NCBI RefSeq assembly: GCF_000284455.1
Contig: NC_017039.1
Location: 630,001 to 662,000, forward strand
Direction: 5' to 3'
Length of the DNA: 32,000 nt
Origin: Synechocystis sp. PCC 6803 substr. PCC-P
Lineage (GTDB): Bacteria; Cyanobacteriota; Cyanobacteriia; Cyanobacteriales; Microcystaceae
The notes below the pieces were generated by a model. It ran no database searches. It was not told the origin of the DNA and worked only from the letters and a program-made list of their open reading frames with translations. Below are positions 30,874 through 32,000 of this stretch, piece by piece. Made by a program: the position numbers and the translations under genes. The first letter of the stretch is position 1. Each line of letters begins with the position of its first letter.

Positions 30874-31227
30874 ATGCCCACCCCACAAGCACTGTATCGC
30901 GGGGCTGTACAAGCTCAAGGTGACGACATTACACAAAATGGGGGCTATACTCGCTCTTGGGCGCGGGGTACTCCTGTGACGGCTCAAGAGGGATTAGACT
31001 TTCTTGCTAAGATTGAGGAACAATGCAATGAGTCTCAGAAAGAACAACGAAATTCAGCTTTTGTCAAAGCTGAACGTTTTATCAAGAATGCTAGTAAAAA
31101 TGGAGGTGTTGATCAAAATTCTCAACCTCATCCTTTTCAAAATCCTAGACGTACTGTTCCAAACGCTCGTGTTGATATTGAAATTCGCAAAGGTTTGACT
31201 TTTATTCCTGCTAAAAATTTGGAATGA
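30874..31227 (+). CDS. Hypothetical 117-aa protein, first gene of an overlapping pair
   Basis: Complete ORF 'MPTPQALYRGAVQAQGDDITQNGGYTRSWARGTPVTAQEGLDFLAKIEEQ...RRTVPNARVDIEIRKGLTFIPAKNLE'; stop overlaps the next start (ATGA). Confidence 0.7.
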   Translation: MPTPQALYRGAVQAQGDDITQNGGYTRSWARGTPVTAQEGLDFLAKIEEQCNESQKEQRNSAFVKAERFIKNASKNGGVDQNSQPHPFQNPRRTVPNARVDIEIRKGLTFIPAKNLE

Positions 31228-32000
31228 CAATACTTTTTACCAAAATTCAAGCAATGTCAGACTCTACCGATTTGGATAGAGCAATAGATAAGCTTGACAA
31301 AATTTCTATTAATTTTGGTGCCGTAGATGAACAGATAAGGTGTTTTGCATTTTTATTAGCAATTGCCGAAGAAAATATTGCTGAGATTGTCTTAGGTATA
31401 TTAGTTAGAGGAATCATGAAATATGAACCAAATAGGGTTAATAATGAAGTTCTTTGGCTATTTTTGGCAGCCGTTTTGTCTCGTTCAAATATTACGCCTG
31501 CCAGTGCTTTAAGAATTAGTCTTTTAGGAATAGTATCTCGTATTGAAGATTGGGCATCACCCATTTTTGCATTACTAGTTACCGCATTAGATAGTTTTTT
31601 ACGTAATAGCCTGGAATATGGAGACCCTTTAATTGCAGAGCAAACTTTAGATTTTCTTGCCACTTGGGGCGAGAATTATGCTCAAGCACCTCGTACTTTA
31701 GAGCAAGTTGCAAAGATTAACTCTTTAGCTCGTTTAGTTTTACAAAAAGTTGATGAACCTATTCTTCAGGAGGAATGGTCAGAAGGGTTAGATTTATTTT
31801 TAAATATTGCTCATATTGCTTGTAAAATAAAATATTCAGATCAACGTATTTGGTCGTCTTCAGTAGAACTACTTAAGGATCTCTATCCTGTAAATATTTT
31901 AAATAATAATAATGAATATTCAGACAAGCACCGTCAAGTTCAAAAAAATATTCTAAAATTAATTGATTCTTCTCTGGCTGTAATCGGAACTATTTTTGTT
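31224..32000 (+). CDS. Hypothetical helical-repeat-like protein, 3'-truncated by the window edge (not in the supplied ORF track)
   Basis: Manual translation from ATG 31224: MTILFTKIQAMSDSTDLDRAIDKLDKISINFGAVDEQIRCFAFLLAIAEENIAEIVLGILVRGIMKYEPNRVNNEVLWLFLAAVLSRSNITPASALRISLLGIVSRIEDWASPIFALLVTALDSFLRNSLEYGDPLIAEQ... ; open to base 32000 (259 codons). Confidence 0.7.
   Translation, partial: MTILFTKIQAMSDSTDLDRAIDKLDKISINFGAVDEQIRCFAFLLAIAEENIAEIVLGILVRGIMKYEPNRVNNEVLWLFLAAVLSRSNITPASALRISLLGIVSRIEDWASPIFALLVTALDSFLRNSLEYGDPLIAEQTLDFLATWGENYAQAPRTLEQVAKINSLARLVLQKVDEPILQEEWSEGLDLFLNIAHIACKIKYSDQRIWSSSVELLKDLYPVNILNNNNEYSDKHRQVQKNILKLIDSSLAVIGTIFV

Noticed and set aside
31247-31663. 138-aa minus-strand ORF at the edge
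   Set aside because: Antisense to the plus-strand frame starting at 31224, which is open for 259 codons, coupled to the upstream gene and has more protein-like composition.

Overview
Cyanobacterial chromosomal window. Gene content and frequent GCGATCGC (HIP1) octamers fit Synechocystis or a close relative. Mostly conserved housekeeping/photosynthesis genes: rbcR-type LysR regulator (-), small conserved ORF (-), PhzF-family protein (+), tRNA-Leu(UAG) (+), putative lipoprotein (-), miaB (-), sqdB (+), DUF2470 protein (+), Uma2/DUF820 protein (-), NfeD-like membrane protein (-), K+ channel with RCK domain (-), argD (+), cupin (+), fibrillin/PAP-family protein (+), short secreted SFPD-repeat protein (+), S-formylglutathione hydrolase (-), class III alcohol dehydrogenase (-), tRNA-Arg(UCU) (-), a ~12 kb gene for a 3972-aa mosaic adhesin-like protein (+), chlI (+), tyrS (+), and at the right edge an AT-rich two-gene unit with a 4-nt ATGA overlap; the second gene is truncated by the window and absent from the supplied ORF track. 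Most worth a second look: the giant mosaic protein (no evident signal peptide, 12 FG-GAP-like motifs with a bulb-lectin-like segment between them, SwmB-like repeats, LamG-like, Calx-beta-like, RTX-like and DUF4114-like parts, and no HIP1 over its first ~10.4 kb), the SFPD-repeat secreted protein, and the edge two-gene unit. I see no clear IS element, CRISPR array or prophage.
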